Below are positions 51,463 through 63,600 of a stretch of 64,000 nt of DNA, one piece after another. The first letter of the stretch is position 1, and each line of letters begins with the position of its first letter. The DNA comes from Klebsormidium nitens (taxonomy: Eukaryota > Plantae > Klebsormidiophyceae), in NCBI GenBank assembly GCA_000708835.1, contig DF237232.1, positions 1 to 64,000 on the forward strand. Direction: 5' to 3'. Below the pieces are notes generated by a model. The model searched no databases. It was not told the origin of the DNA and saw only the letters and a list, made by a program, of their open reading frames with translations. Made by a program: the position numbers and the translations under genes.

Positions 51463-54400
51463 CTAGTACTTGTCGTTGATCTTGATCCCGCGGATGTCGG
51501 ACGCGGTGCGGTCCGCCAGGCTGGACAGCGTGATCTTGTTGTCCACCGTCGTCGGGCCGCCCTTGGCGTGCACGCCCTGCGCCAACCACCACTCGCAGAC
51601 GTCAACCACACACAAACGTCGTGTCATCCGGCAGGCGGCAAGCGGAACCCATTTTATGCAATGAATGCCTTCATTGAGGGACTGTTGTGATGTCCGAAGG
51701 CATCGTGTTCACAAGCAAGAGGTACTATGGTGGGGCGGTTTGTCTCAAGCCGCAGCGATAAGCCACGGATTGGCAGTCCTCCAGTGTCCGCCTGGGCGGA
51801 ACCCAAAGCAAGACAAAGGAGGCAGTCGTTCTCCCGAAGACAGCGGACTTGAGCGGGGCCGGGCGGCTCACGGTGTAGAGCGCCTTGTCGTCGTGGAACT
51901 TGACGGCCTCCGCGACGGTGCCGCTGCTGGAGGGCCCCTTGGCGGCGACCACCTTGGCCTCCACGTCCGCCGCGCTGCACCCCTTGCTCTCCGCGATGGC
52001 CGCCAGCGCTGCCTGGAACTGCAGGTACAGAAGACGGCCCACACCAGGGTGAGTGAGAGTTTGCGGCGGAAAGGAGGCAGGCGGACGAGGGTCAGAGCAA
52101 GCAAAGGGTGTGACACGCGTTTAGTCGGCGCAAGGCATTCCGAACCATGTCTTGGTCTCAGAGGGCAAGGGTTCGTGAGGGCAAAACGGCAAATGTGAGC
52201 CTGCGGCACGCTGCGGAGGGTTTACCTGGCTGAAGGTGATTTTGCGCTCGCCCTTGGGCTTGACCTTGGAGAACACCAGGTCCACGCTCTGCACACCGCG
52301 CACGGCGTCAGCGGGGCCGCCGCCAGCAAGGGGCCGTGCCTGGCTACGGCTTGGCACCAGGGAAAAGCTCCAGAACAACTCCCGCAACCCCGGAGCTCTG
52401 AATCAACTTGGACAAAGCGACGCGTCAAGCGGACATATGAGTCAGACAAACCGCGGCAACTTCGGGCCTTGTAACTACGAGGACGCGGCAGGAGGTTCGG
52501 GCCGCGCGTGCTGACCGTGGTGGTGAACTTTTTGTCGACGAGGCCGCAGTCCTTGCACAGCTTCACGAACTTGGCGCCGTCCATCTGGTTCACCGGCTGC
52601 ACGGGGCGACCAGCACAGGCGTCAGTACAAAGCGCGGCAGAACTTGAGCGCCCGCAAGTGCCGATGCAAAAGCAAGTGACCAGCGTTTTGATTCCTGGGC
52701 GAGAGCGTTTGTCCGTCCTCGCCCGCGCGCGCGCTCCTGCGGCTGACCTTGCCGGAGGAGCCTGCGCCGAAGGAGCAGAAGTCGTCGAAGACGTCCTGCA
52801 GGGAGCCCCCGGTGTAGGACCCCGAGATGCGCTTCTCCGCCTTGAACGACGACTGCGACGACAGCGCCGCCTTCTTGGGGCTGCCGCCCGCAGGCTCCAC
52901 CGCCGCGTACCCGCCCTTCTCCGCGCGGTCGAACTTGGGCTTGCCCTCGTCTGGACACAGCGTGACAGCACGAAGTCAGAAAACAATTTCTGCGCACAAT
53001 AGGGAGATGAGCAACAGGGTATCGGTAAACGCGGTGGGGACATCGTTTGGACATGATACTCGCTCGTTGTGGGATTCCACTTAGGAAGGCAGGTGCAAAC
53101 AAATTGGCTAATTCGAGGGGAATTGAGTTGTTGTGGAGATGGTTCCCGACGAAGGCAATCGACTTTGCAGCATGGCCTCTAAGGTCGTGCGAAACAAGCT
53201 CTACCCGACTGCTTCTTTCGGGAAATCGTCAAGAGACCGGCTGAATGTTATGTTTGGGCCATTATATCTGTCCATAATGGCTCTCGACGACTCTTGGGCG
53301 GATGCTTTCCGCGCTGCGCCCAGCGGCCTCACCGCTGAGCCGCTTGGGCAGGCCCCTGACGTCAGCCGAGGAGCGGTCGGCGAGGTTGGACAGCGTGATG
53401 ACGTTGTCCACGTTGGTGGGGCCGCCCTGCACGTGCGTGCCCGTGTACAGCGACTTGTCGTCGTGGAACTTGTTGGGCTCCGCTTGCTGCACGCACCCGC
53501 ACCGGCCACGGGCATCAAGAGGAGCCATGACTACAGGCGTGAAAGTGAAACGACATGCAGTCTTCTATCGCTCTTCGTCTGCCCACCATTGCGCCCTTGA
53601 GGGCACAGCACCAATTCTCTTTAACCACGTGGGGGCTTCTTCAGCTGCACCCGTCATCGTACAAGGCCAGGGTGTTATGAAGCTCCGTGAATTCAGGCAT
53701 CCTTAACGCAGCTTTTTCAGGCTCTGGCTAGTTCGTTTCCTTCTGGCTGTTCCTTACAGTGCCTGAGGAGGAGGGCCCCCCTGCCGCGACGGCCTTGGCC
53801 ACGATGTCGTCCAGCGAGGCGGCCTTCTTTTCGGCCACCAACTCGAGCGCCTTGACGAACTGCACGTAGTCGATCTTGCGGGCACCCTGCAGGACAGTCG
53901 GAAAAAAGGTCAGTCACAAGGGGGAAGTGTCTGAGACGGGTGACAGGCAGGACTTCTTGTTCGCGTTGTACCTGGTATTCTTTCCAAACCAGGCCCCAGG
54001 AGTCCACGAAGAAGCCCATGAAGCTTTGGCCCAAAGTGTCTGTTCCGTCCAGTTTCCGTTCAGTACAGCATTGCCACCTACGCTTGCACCCACGAGTCTC
54101 CAACATCCCGGCCAAGAGCCTGTTTGGGTGACCAATCTATTCAATTCTCTGCTTTTACCATTTAGTGACTGCATGAAATATCTCGTATGTATCTTCTTTT
54201 TTCGAGGTGAGACAGGCGTATGATTTTAGGACGGCCCCATTCATCTGACGCCCCTTACCTTGGCTTTGGCCTTGGCGTACGTCAGGTCCACATCGGTGGT
54301 GGTAAACTTCTTGTCCACAATCTTGGTGTCGCGGCAAAATTTGGCGAACTTGGCCCCGTCCATCTCCTCCACCTGCACACATACACGTGCCGCACATTGT

Positions 54401-55094
54401 CAGGGATGCGGGGAGGAGCGCAGAAGGAAAGCTGCAGCCGGCAGGCGGGTCCAAAGGAAGGCCAGCCGCAGGCGGTGACAGTGGTAACACCTTTTGCTGC
54501 CCAGTGACTGCCTGTTGTCTACCTCACAGCGTCTTCACTACCCCCTCCGGCATTCACATTACCCCTTGCTTCAGCATCCTTCTGTTCCAACTTATCCTCA
54601 GGGATTCGAGAAAGAAATGGTGGCAATAGAATTGAAAGCCGATGAATTACCCTCCTCTGATCTTATGACTAAAAGGGAAATTGTTTGCTTCAAGACCAGA
54701 GTCTCTCTCAGAGGGCCTGTCCTGCCAAGAGAGGAGGCTAGCAGTCCATCACAGTGCTCAGTCATGCTTCCTGCCAGCAGCATTGCAAAAGGTCCGACCA
54801 CCGAGTGGACCCCTTATTGCGTACTGGAGGCGTACTGAGGCCTTTGCCCCCCAATGCCCCAATGATGCTTTGTCCGCCTGTCATTTCTCACGTCTGCCTC
54901 CTATCTACACTGTCAAATTTATACCGTCTTTGTCAATATTACAGACATTACGCTGGACCCCTCACACCACATGCGTCTCGCTGAGGCTTCGCTCATTTGG
55001 CACTCACTCGCTTGCTGCTTCCGAAGGAGCAGAAGGTGACAAACAGTTGCGCCAGTTCATCGGCATGGGGGCCATTGTAGGAAACGGGAGCCAT
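51463..55094 (-). CDS. TPPP: TPPP/p25-alpha family protein with two tandem p25-alpha domains (FAP265-like), multi-exon
   Basis: Repeat 1: LAQLFVTFCSFG..|..MDGAKFAKFCRDTKIVDKKFTTTDVDL..KAK|GARKIDYVQFVKAL..|..KFHDDKSLYTGTHVQGGP. Repeat 2: LQDVFDDFCSFG..|..MDGAKFVKLCKDCGLVDKKFTTT|SVDLVFSKVKPKGERKITFSQ|FQAAL..KFHDDKALYT|GVHAKGGP..DKY*. ATG at 55094, TAG at 51463-51465. Exon lengths checked in repeat 2 are in phase. Confidence 0.92.
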
Positions 55095-56193
55095 GGCAGC
55101 AGGCGGCAAGGAACAGGCGGCACGGCGCAGTGGCGATATCGTCCTGTTGGTTTCTAGTGTTGGAGGTCAAGTCAATAAAGTGACAAACGTCTTCAAATTA
55201 GTCGTGCGCAGGAGTTTTTCGGCACAAGGAATGTGGGTCCTATATTTTGTATACACTCGAATTCAGTGCTTTCCAAAGTTGATTACTGCACGTACGGTAC
55301 GTCCAGATAACGGTAGCCGGTTGACCCTGCTGCATGTGTCAAGGTCATCAGGTGTGTCTTCCCGTCTTCTATACCTATGTCCAGACCGGACGTATGCTCC
55401 TTTCAGTCGATCGAATCAGGCAAATCTCTTTCACGCAAGCAAGATCTACAGGCTTTCTTTCATCTCGACTCATTTACTAAATGATAAATAATAAATGATT
55501 TCGTTTGATCAGCAGTCTTCAATGTTGCCTCGGCTCGGAGTCGAAATGTCTATCAACGGCGGAGAGACAGCTAGAGGCGGCTAGCTTGTCATTGTCGTCA
55601 AAGCGGTTGTGCGCGAGCTCAAACCTGGCCTATCGGACAATCGTGATCGTCCAACGGTGTTCGCCTTGGATTGGGTGATTCGTCGGAGGCGGTTAAGTAC
55701 AGTTAGAAACTTCCATGTCTAATTGCCGTCGATTGGATACTTCAGGCTCCCTGACAAATCTGGGCCGTTGGGGGCTGCCAAAGCAGGATCCCACGTGGTA
55801 TTTACTGGGTACTTTTCGGCCGACAATCAGCCAATCCATCCTTAACCTAACCCAGGTTGACACTGACGAAAGTTTGTCCGGACAGCTTGTCCGATGAGCT
55901 TTGCTCAGTGTCAAGCGGTCACCACGAGAACCTTCTGCTGGCAATGTCGGCCGGCGTGCTGCTGCGGCTCTCGGATGAAGCCTCCATCCCCTGTGCGACA
56001 AGTCGACTGCAGCAACTGCAATCCAGCCCACCCAGCCCAGCTGCTTGCAAGCTGCAATGCACCGGGCAGCTCTCACTGTCTGTGCCTTGGCTCTCCGCTT
56101 GATCTTGGGCGCCCCAGATCCGCCATAGCTGCTAGGAAAGCTGGTGGGTGAGGGACCTCCGGAGCGCTTAAAGTTCAAGTTCCTGGTTGTGGC

Positions 56194-58863
56194 ATGGCGG
56201 ACCAGCGCTTGGTCGTCTCCTGCCCGTCGGACACAAGCGGGGGCACAGATGTGCTGACGGTTCTCGGTGGCAAGTCGTCCTGCCGCCGCAAGTTTGCCAT
56301 GGCGGTGCACCTAGTGGATGCGGCAGGGACGCTGGTGCCCCGTGACCTCGTCCTGCACGCCGCCGTGGTGTATCATCACGACCACTCTCTTGTGCTGCGT
56401 GGGGAGAAAGCAGCGGAGAGTCCAGTGTTTACAACCTTCAATGGCATTGAGTATCCTGCCACCGACAAGCCAACCCGTATGATTGCAGGAAGGGCCGCAT
56501 TCAAGCTAGCTCTAAGCCTCCTGTCCTCCAAGTGCGACAACAGCCTGTTTGCCATCCAGTTCAGCGCACAGTACGCTCCAGGGGCGGAGCAGCTGCTGCC
56601 GCTGCCGCAGGCTGCGTACTCGGGCCCCATCCGGAGCATCTCGCGCAAGAGGAACAGGGTGCCGGGCGCAGGGGGCGGCCACCCAGGTAGGCAATGGAAC
56701 TACAGCAAGCCAGCCCCGCTTGCCAGTCTGCTGCGGTGGTGGTCAGCTCGGTTAGTCCGTGTGGAAGCAGGGTTGCTGGTTCTGAGAGTTTGAGTGGTGG
56801 ACCGAATGTACGTGCTTGCCTTCTGCACCATACATTGTGAACTGGCCACTGCGCATTGCTTCATTCGCTGCGAACCTGCACTTTTGAAACTGCTCATACT
56901 CAGAGGCCTCATTCGCTGGAAATGAGTCACCAAATATGCTGTTAACACTTACGTGTACAATGTGTAAAGAGCAGGTCAGCAATGTGATGCTGGAAGACGC
57001 ACAAGCATTGGTATGGATATCCTTTGCACCTCGCATTGGCTTGCCTTGTCTCCAGCCTTGTCACCGAGCCAAGCAGTCCTGCTTGAACGTGCCCTGTTGA
57101 ACATGGCTGCCAGGTGGGCTAACACGCGGCTTGAATGTGCAGGCTATCTGGCGGGCAGCCTTCTTGACGAGCTTCCCATCCTGAGGTCCCCTGCGTCCGG
57201 CTTTGAGCAAGAGCAGAGCTCTTCCCCCAGGAAGAAACTGAAGCCCGAGGAGGAGGACGAGGACGAGGAGGACCCAGATGTTCCAGGTCAGAGGGGCAGG
57301 TATGGCTCCCAACAACTTATTTCGGACTCTGCTAGGTTAGATTGTTGCGTGATTAAAAGCTGCTGATTATCTTATTGGCGGCGCAAGAAGTTGATGCTTC
57401 AAGGTGACAAGGTGATGCGCAGGTTGGCTTAGAGCATGGAAGGAAGGCCCTGATTTTGCACCTTGAGGTTGCAGGTGGCCAGCTTTCCAGGCAGGCCAAC
57501 TGAGGACTGTTTTGATGCTGACAGCCTGCTTTGGGTTTGCAGCAGTCCAGCTCTGCCTTTGGAAGGGGCCAGTGCCGCATCATCCGGAGGGGCTGACCCT
57601 CCAAAGCAGACGCATGCAGAGGCTCCCATGTCGAGTGCCCCACCAGCTGCAGGCCATCCCACAGCCCAGGACAGCATTCTGGGTAGGTGCACTTCTGACG
57701 GGCCCGGTTGCCTCATAAAAACGCCTCTCATTCCATGGAAATAATTATTTCACAATCAAGTCTTGAGAAGACTGAGGGCTTGCAAAGCGCCCTGGGCGTG
57801 CATCTTCTGTCTGCTTGTGTCTCAAGTTCTGTGAGTGAAGAGGAAATATGGCGTGAAGCGTCAGTTCTTACCCGCTCTCGTTCTTTCCCCACCAGGCGCT
57901 CGTTTCCAAGCTCTGCACCCCGCTCCCCTTCACCCTGGCCCTGCCGCTACCCCTACCGGGGACACACCCAGGAGCGCTGGCGGGCCCCCCGTCACCTTTG
58001 CAGACCTGGCATCCATGCTGACCCAGGCAGGAGCCTTTGCGCCAGCTGCCCTCCGGTTACCAGCAGGAGACCCCAGCTCGCCCTCACTTGGAGCGGGGCC
58101 CTCGTCGGGCTCCTTGCCAGGCATGAGCGGCGAGCGCGACGGCCTGGCGTCCCCCATGACTCCCTTGACGTTGGACGCCCTGAACCAGGCCAGTGCCATG
58201 GCGGCGGCCGCCAAGATGGCCGCAGTCATTGGGAGAGCGCTGGAAGGGGGCGGGCATGGAGGCGAAGGGGCGAGCGCGGCAGAGATGGAGCAGCGCAGCC
58301 TGGACGAGGAGGAGCGTACCTTGCAGGTAGGGGGTGATTGGTGGTGATACAGCGCCCCAGACTCGCTGGATATCCCTTCAAATTGTTTGCTTGTGCCAGG
58401 AGTTGCTTCTGTTTGAAGCTGCCTAGCCCTCCTAGCCCAATCCAGGTGCAACCAAGCCTACACTCGTTGGCTGGTGCACGATGAGACAGTTGCATGCAAA
58501 GCTCTTTTTGAGTGCTTATGGCTCCGAGTCTGATCTGCGGGTGAGCCTAGTCTGCCAAATAGCTGGGGCAAGAGCTAAGCCACTACGAAGAAATCCTTGT
58601 CGTTGTACGAGCCTGTTTGATATCGACCAAAGCGCTGCCCGTTCTTGCCAAACCCTGCCTCACGATGTTGCTTTCAGCAAGTCAGTCTTTTCTGTCGTCT
58701 TTTGCAGTACATGGAGGCCAGCCTGGCCGAGGTGACATTGGAGCTGCTGCGCCGGCGGGAGGAGCTGAGCGTGCGGCGGCGCAGGTACCTGGACCACGAG
58801 CAGCGCACGAGCGTGGCCCGCCAGTCGCGCCTCATGTGGGCGTGTCCGCCCACGGGCCACTGA
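56194..58863 (+). CDS. Putative transcription factor with plant STAT-like (SHA/SHB)/CudA-type domain and no recognisable SH2 domain (5' end uncertain)
   Basis: Exon 1 TVLGGKSSCRRKFAMAV...FTTFNGIEYPATDKPTRM..GRAAFKLALSLLSSKCDNSLFAIQF...PIRSISRK resembles the recalled central domain of plant SH2-domain proteins A/B. Later exons are low-complexity with a basic PRKKLKP motif and end ...WACPPTGH* at 58863. Confidence 0.72.
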
Positions 58864-59286
58864 AGCCTCCACGGTCAGGCTCGCTGTGAGTCGAGTAGCA
58901 TCATCTGGATCAGATATGCAACGGGTTGTTGCACTATATGGGAACTAGGACTGACCTCCTTACTAATCAGGCAGGCGGGCTTCAAGTAAGTTATTGGTGT
59001 CTTGGTACTGGACGGGTTGCAAGCTTTCCAGTAGGTAAAGGTGTGTGTGGGGACACGTGCACTATGCTAGCAATGATCCTAAGACTCAGGTACTAGAAGT
59101 GAACCGACCATCTGGATTCCTTGACAACTGAGGAAGAAGCAACTCAACATGCTCCGACTGAGCATTCTTCTAAATTACCGTGCACGAAAGCAGATGACTG
59201 CCCCGACTTGGACAGATTGCAATACAGACTCGTGCAGTGAATGGATAATACGATAGTCACTAAGCTTCCGTTGAGGCAGTCACCGT

Positions 59287-59311
59287 TAGCCACAACCATG
59301 GGTTGTGGCTA
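59287..59311. repeat. Perfect 11-bp inverted repeat (hairpin)
   Basis: TAGCCACAACC-ATG-GGTTGTGGCTA read directly from the sequence. Confidence 0.9.
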
Positions 59312-60601
59312 GCCCGAGGCGCCCAATTGCACACAGCATCTCACATCCTTCTATGCGAGATCTTGATTCCAATGAATCAGGAGACAATTACTGTATGGAG
59401 TAGACGGTAAGCGTGCTTCGATCGACAAGCTGACATATGATAGTGCCCCGGCCCTCCTTTTGAATCACCGTATACGTTCCATGTACATGCATCATGGCAG
59501 TGCATGCCATACAGATTGTTGCATGCGATCTGCACAGTAGTGTGAGTGGGCTGCGGATCCGATATGATTGCTTTGAACGGCCTGCTACAATGATGCATCA
59601 TTGCCGCGGGCACGTATTGCATGGAGGAATATGTGCGTGCCGGGTGAGGAGGGACCCGCCATGCCTTATAGCTTATAGTGCTCAATATCATGGGCCATCC
59701 GTACTGTCCCTGATCGAACAAGATCGATCGAGTTCGATCACGTATAGTAAAGCTATTGTTTGTGTGTCGCGCGGCATGCCACATATGTGATCGCGCTCCA
59801 CATTCAACCAATTGGCGCAGTCGATCGCTGAAACAATGATATCGTATTGGCCCATAATCCACTTGAAATGTTCACTTGATCGGATATAGCTGCGTGCACC
59901 GCGGGAGCGCGCGCTTCCAGATGCGCGTGCACATGTTCGTTCGGCATATATATACTACACCTAACATGATTGCTAGCTCTTGAGCTGATTGACAACCATA
60001 TCCATCAAATCGTGACGTACTGATGCAGTGACAATTGCGGATTGTTGTGGTGCGGTAGGTGGCCCGCCGACTCGAGCTAGCCCGCCAGATACAGCGTTAT
60101 TGTTCGCCATAAGTTGGTCTATGCAATGTATTAAGTATCTTAGATTTTCGATGACGGTTGTAAACAATTTGGCAATTGCGTTCGCAGGGTTCGATGGGCC
60201 AGCTACTGCGTATTTTAAGCAAGACAATTGCAAGTCGATCCGTTACCTGTGAGCGCAGCATCCGAATTCGCACTTGTTCAACCTCTCCGACTCAGCGTCC
60301 AGCCACCTCAAATGCACCGCGCGCGTGCTCCTCTCCTGACGGTTATTTCCATGGTTATCTCCTCTGTCCGATCACCCGGCGCGCAGAGCAACTACTGCGC
60401 TAGGCTAATGTAGCTACTGCAGCTTAACATTTTGCTAACTTAGAATTATGTACGCTTACGCAGCAAGTCGTCATCTGGTATTATGCAACCAACCAAGGCT
60501 AGCTAGACACGTATTCTGACCCTTTTGAATCAAAGAATATTTACGAATCCTTCAGTATCTAGGCTAAGGCAGCAGCAGCGACATAATTAATTTGAGCTAA
60601 G

Positions 60602-63600
60602 CTAGTTTTGGGAGCTGCACTCCGCTCTGCACCGCCCGCCCTGCGCGAGCCGGCCCTCGCATGCCAGGTAGTCCACCCAGTGGTCGCTGCGATTGCCCAG
60701 GATGCTCTTGCCGCCTGTCTCCAGCATTGGGAAGTTCTGTCGGGCGAAGCACGCCCCCCCCGAGAGCAGCTCCAGCTCGTCCTTCCTCAGCTCCGCCCCG
60801 GACTCATTCACAAAGGGCGCCATCCCCTCCTCCCCCTCGACATCTGCCCGCCCCTGGAGGAGCGCCTCGAGGCGCGTGGCCCCCCGCCCCGTGTACTCGC
60901 GCGACTGCGCCACCTGCATGCTCCAGCTGGACTCGCTGGTCCCCAGGAACACGGCCCCGCGCTGGCTCACCTCCTGCTCCACCAAACTGATGAACGACGC
61001 GTGCTCGCGCAGCAACGCTCCGAGCACGTCCGCCCCCTTTTCTCCGACCTCCCGTTCCACTTGCGGTGTCTCCCCTATTCCGCTGGTAAACACTCTGGCC
61101 GCCTGTCGGGTAGGTTCAGTCTGCCCCGCATCGCGGCAGTGCTCGAGGACCACCACCCGCTGCACCGCGTCGTGAGCCAGCAGCCCCGCAATTGCTCGTT
61201 CCACCAGCCGGCAGCTCTCCGGCCCGCGGATGAAGCCGTCGGTGGATAAGAAGAGCGTGGCGAGCCCCGCCGCCCGCATGCGCTCCCCCACGGCCGCCAC
61301 GAAGTCGTCCACGCTGACTCCCGTCACGACGGCCAGCATCGGATCACCACAGGACGCAGGCGAGAAGTCGGCCGCGACCTGCCGCCATGCGTCGTGAGGG
61401 GGGATGAGAGACGGAGCCCAGAGTGCGCCATAGTTGCAGCGCACAAAGCAGAGGTGGTCCGTCGGCTTGTCGCGGCAGCGCAGCTCCTCCACGCGCCAGT
61501 GCAGGGCCAGGTAGGGCGTACCACCGAGCAGCTGCTGCTGGACGTGGTCTGCGTAAGCGCGCACCTGCGGCAGGGACGGAGATGAGAAAGATGACAAACA
61601 AGGCAGGCCAATAAGCAGGCCGTGAGATGCGTAGACACGATATTCTCGGGGGTGAACCACGAAGGTGAAGGTCGAAGGCGGCCCCTGAGGCGATACACGA
61701 ATCAAAAACTTCTGTCGTGTCTACCAGCCCGCTAGCCACCACCCCAAAGCATCGTTACTGAATTAGACATAACCTCGATGTAATCCAACTGCGAGTTCGT
61801 CAAAGGCACCAAATTTTGATGGGAATTTTGCTAGTCGAGAGAATTTGGTGGCAGAGAAGATGAAGAGGGGCTGAAACGGGGACACCGGAGTCTGGGCCAC
61901 TTTCTTCGAGGATCTTAGCCACGTATGGGGCCGAAAGGTGCCACCTTTCTGCAAAACAAGGCCATCGGTGCTTAGGAAAAGTGATGGCTTTTCGACGTAA
62001 AGGGTTGACTGGTAGAAAGGCTGTCTCTTCATTCAAACAAGCGGTAGTGTAAGCTTACCTTGTCGGACGGCTTGACGCTGGAGTAGAAGAGCCGCCACGG
62101 CTCCCGGAAGCGAAGCCCCAAGAAGGTGGTGGTCCCTAAGCAGGCCACAGCGCGGGACGAGCTGAACCAGGCCTCCAGGCTGGCGCGGCTCGACAGGCTG
62201 GACGAGGACGCGCGGGGGGAGACCTGCGGGGGGAGGAACGAGGAAAGAGATGAGCGATCCGCCAGTTGCATGTGCGGGGCGAAGTTCATGAGGGTGCTGA
62301 CATCAGCATCACGCAAGGTCAGCCTCTGCGAGGAAGGCCTCCGGTGTTCAAAGCAGGGGCGCTTGTTGGCCCAGAAAAAGCGGGTCGATCAACATGACAC
62401 ACCGCTCCTTTCCATATCCATACATGTGTTTGTCAGCCACTGTAAACGAGATACAGGCTTGCCATTCCCTATAGAAAGGGGCCGCATGTGGGGGGTAAGA
62501 TTCCTCTGGCCTTACACCCAACACATAGGCCAAGGACATGGAATGAAGACCATTCTATTCACAACTTTTGATCCCGCCGTTTCAGGACAAAGGTCATGAA
62601 GAACCCGATTCATGACATTTTTGACCTTTGTGAAGCACTTTGAAGAACCCGTTCTCCAACGGACACATGCCATCCCTCCCCGTTCCGGCATCACTCACTT
62701 TCCTCCCTAGGCGCAGCCCATGCGCTGCTGCGTAGTCGTCCCATGTCGGGTACTTGAGGCCTGGCCCGCGCTCGAGGAAGTAGCTCTCCATGAAGTGCAG
62801 CTCCTCCAGCAGGCCCCCGCACGCGGCGGCGCACTCCTCCAGGGGCCGCACGCGCACCACTGGCCGCAGGCTGTCCACCAGAAAGTGGTCCGACCACCTG
62901 CAATGTGACCACATGGGGGCTTAGCAGGGCTGACAAATCCGCTCCAAGCGCAGTTCGTCCAATCCGGGGCAGGACCTCCCAGTAAGTAGAAGCTAAGATG
63001 TGACACTGAGTGCTTCCAGTACAGCGGATTGGAAATGGAGCAAACCTAACTTGGTTCATTCCTTTATTTCACCACCTTCAGATGAAAAGCAGACTGTTGT
63101 GGGGTTTGACCTGCAGCAAGGTCTAAAGCCATGCCCCCCAGAACGCGTTTTACTCCAACATAGTGATTGACTGAGATCTCCCAAAGGTGTAGAGCCCAGT
63201 TGATGCTGGGGTATTTGCGGCTATGAAGAGGACGCAGGTTTAGGTGGGGCTCTCGGTAGAAGAAGCGTGGGGGAAGACATGGCCAGGGGCAAAAAGGGAG
63301 CAGAAGGGGTTGAAGGTGACCAAAGGCGACAGCTTTTCCCAAGAATGGGTGGCTAGAAGACTACACGCCCAAAACGTCGTCATGATGTCATCAGGTCCTA
63401 TTGCATGCACACGGTTTCATGTGGCGCCATCAGGCGGGGGTGGCAGCGTTTGACAATCTGCAGAGTGCTGCTTGGCAGCAAGTAATCATGTGATGTTTGG
63501 AACTGTAACTACAATGCTGGCCCAATGCTGATCCTCACGATGCTGATCACCACTCCAGTCAAGCTGTGGTGTCATCATTTGACCTTTGGATGTAAAAGCG

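Noticed and set aside
59128-59175. Possible hammerhead ribozyme (CTGAGGA followed by a stem-loop)
   Set aside because: The stem is followed by AAA rather than GAAA, and no stems I/III or cleavage triplet were found. Other CTGANGA sites inspected also lacked the core.
63064-63342. 92-aa same-strand ORF inside the fucosyltransferase gene as a missing exon
   Set aside because: The flanking exons already join in phase (CCA AA|gtgagg ... cag|G TGG, giving PK-WSDH), so it is intronic. No family was recognised.
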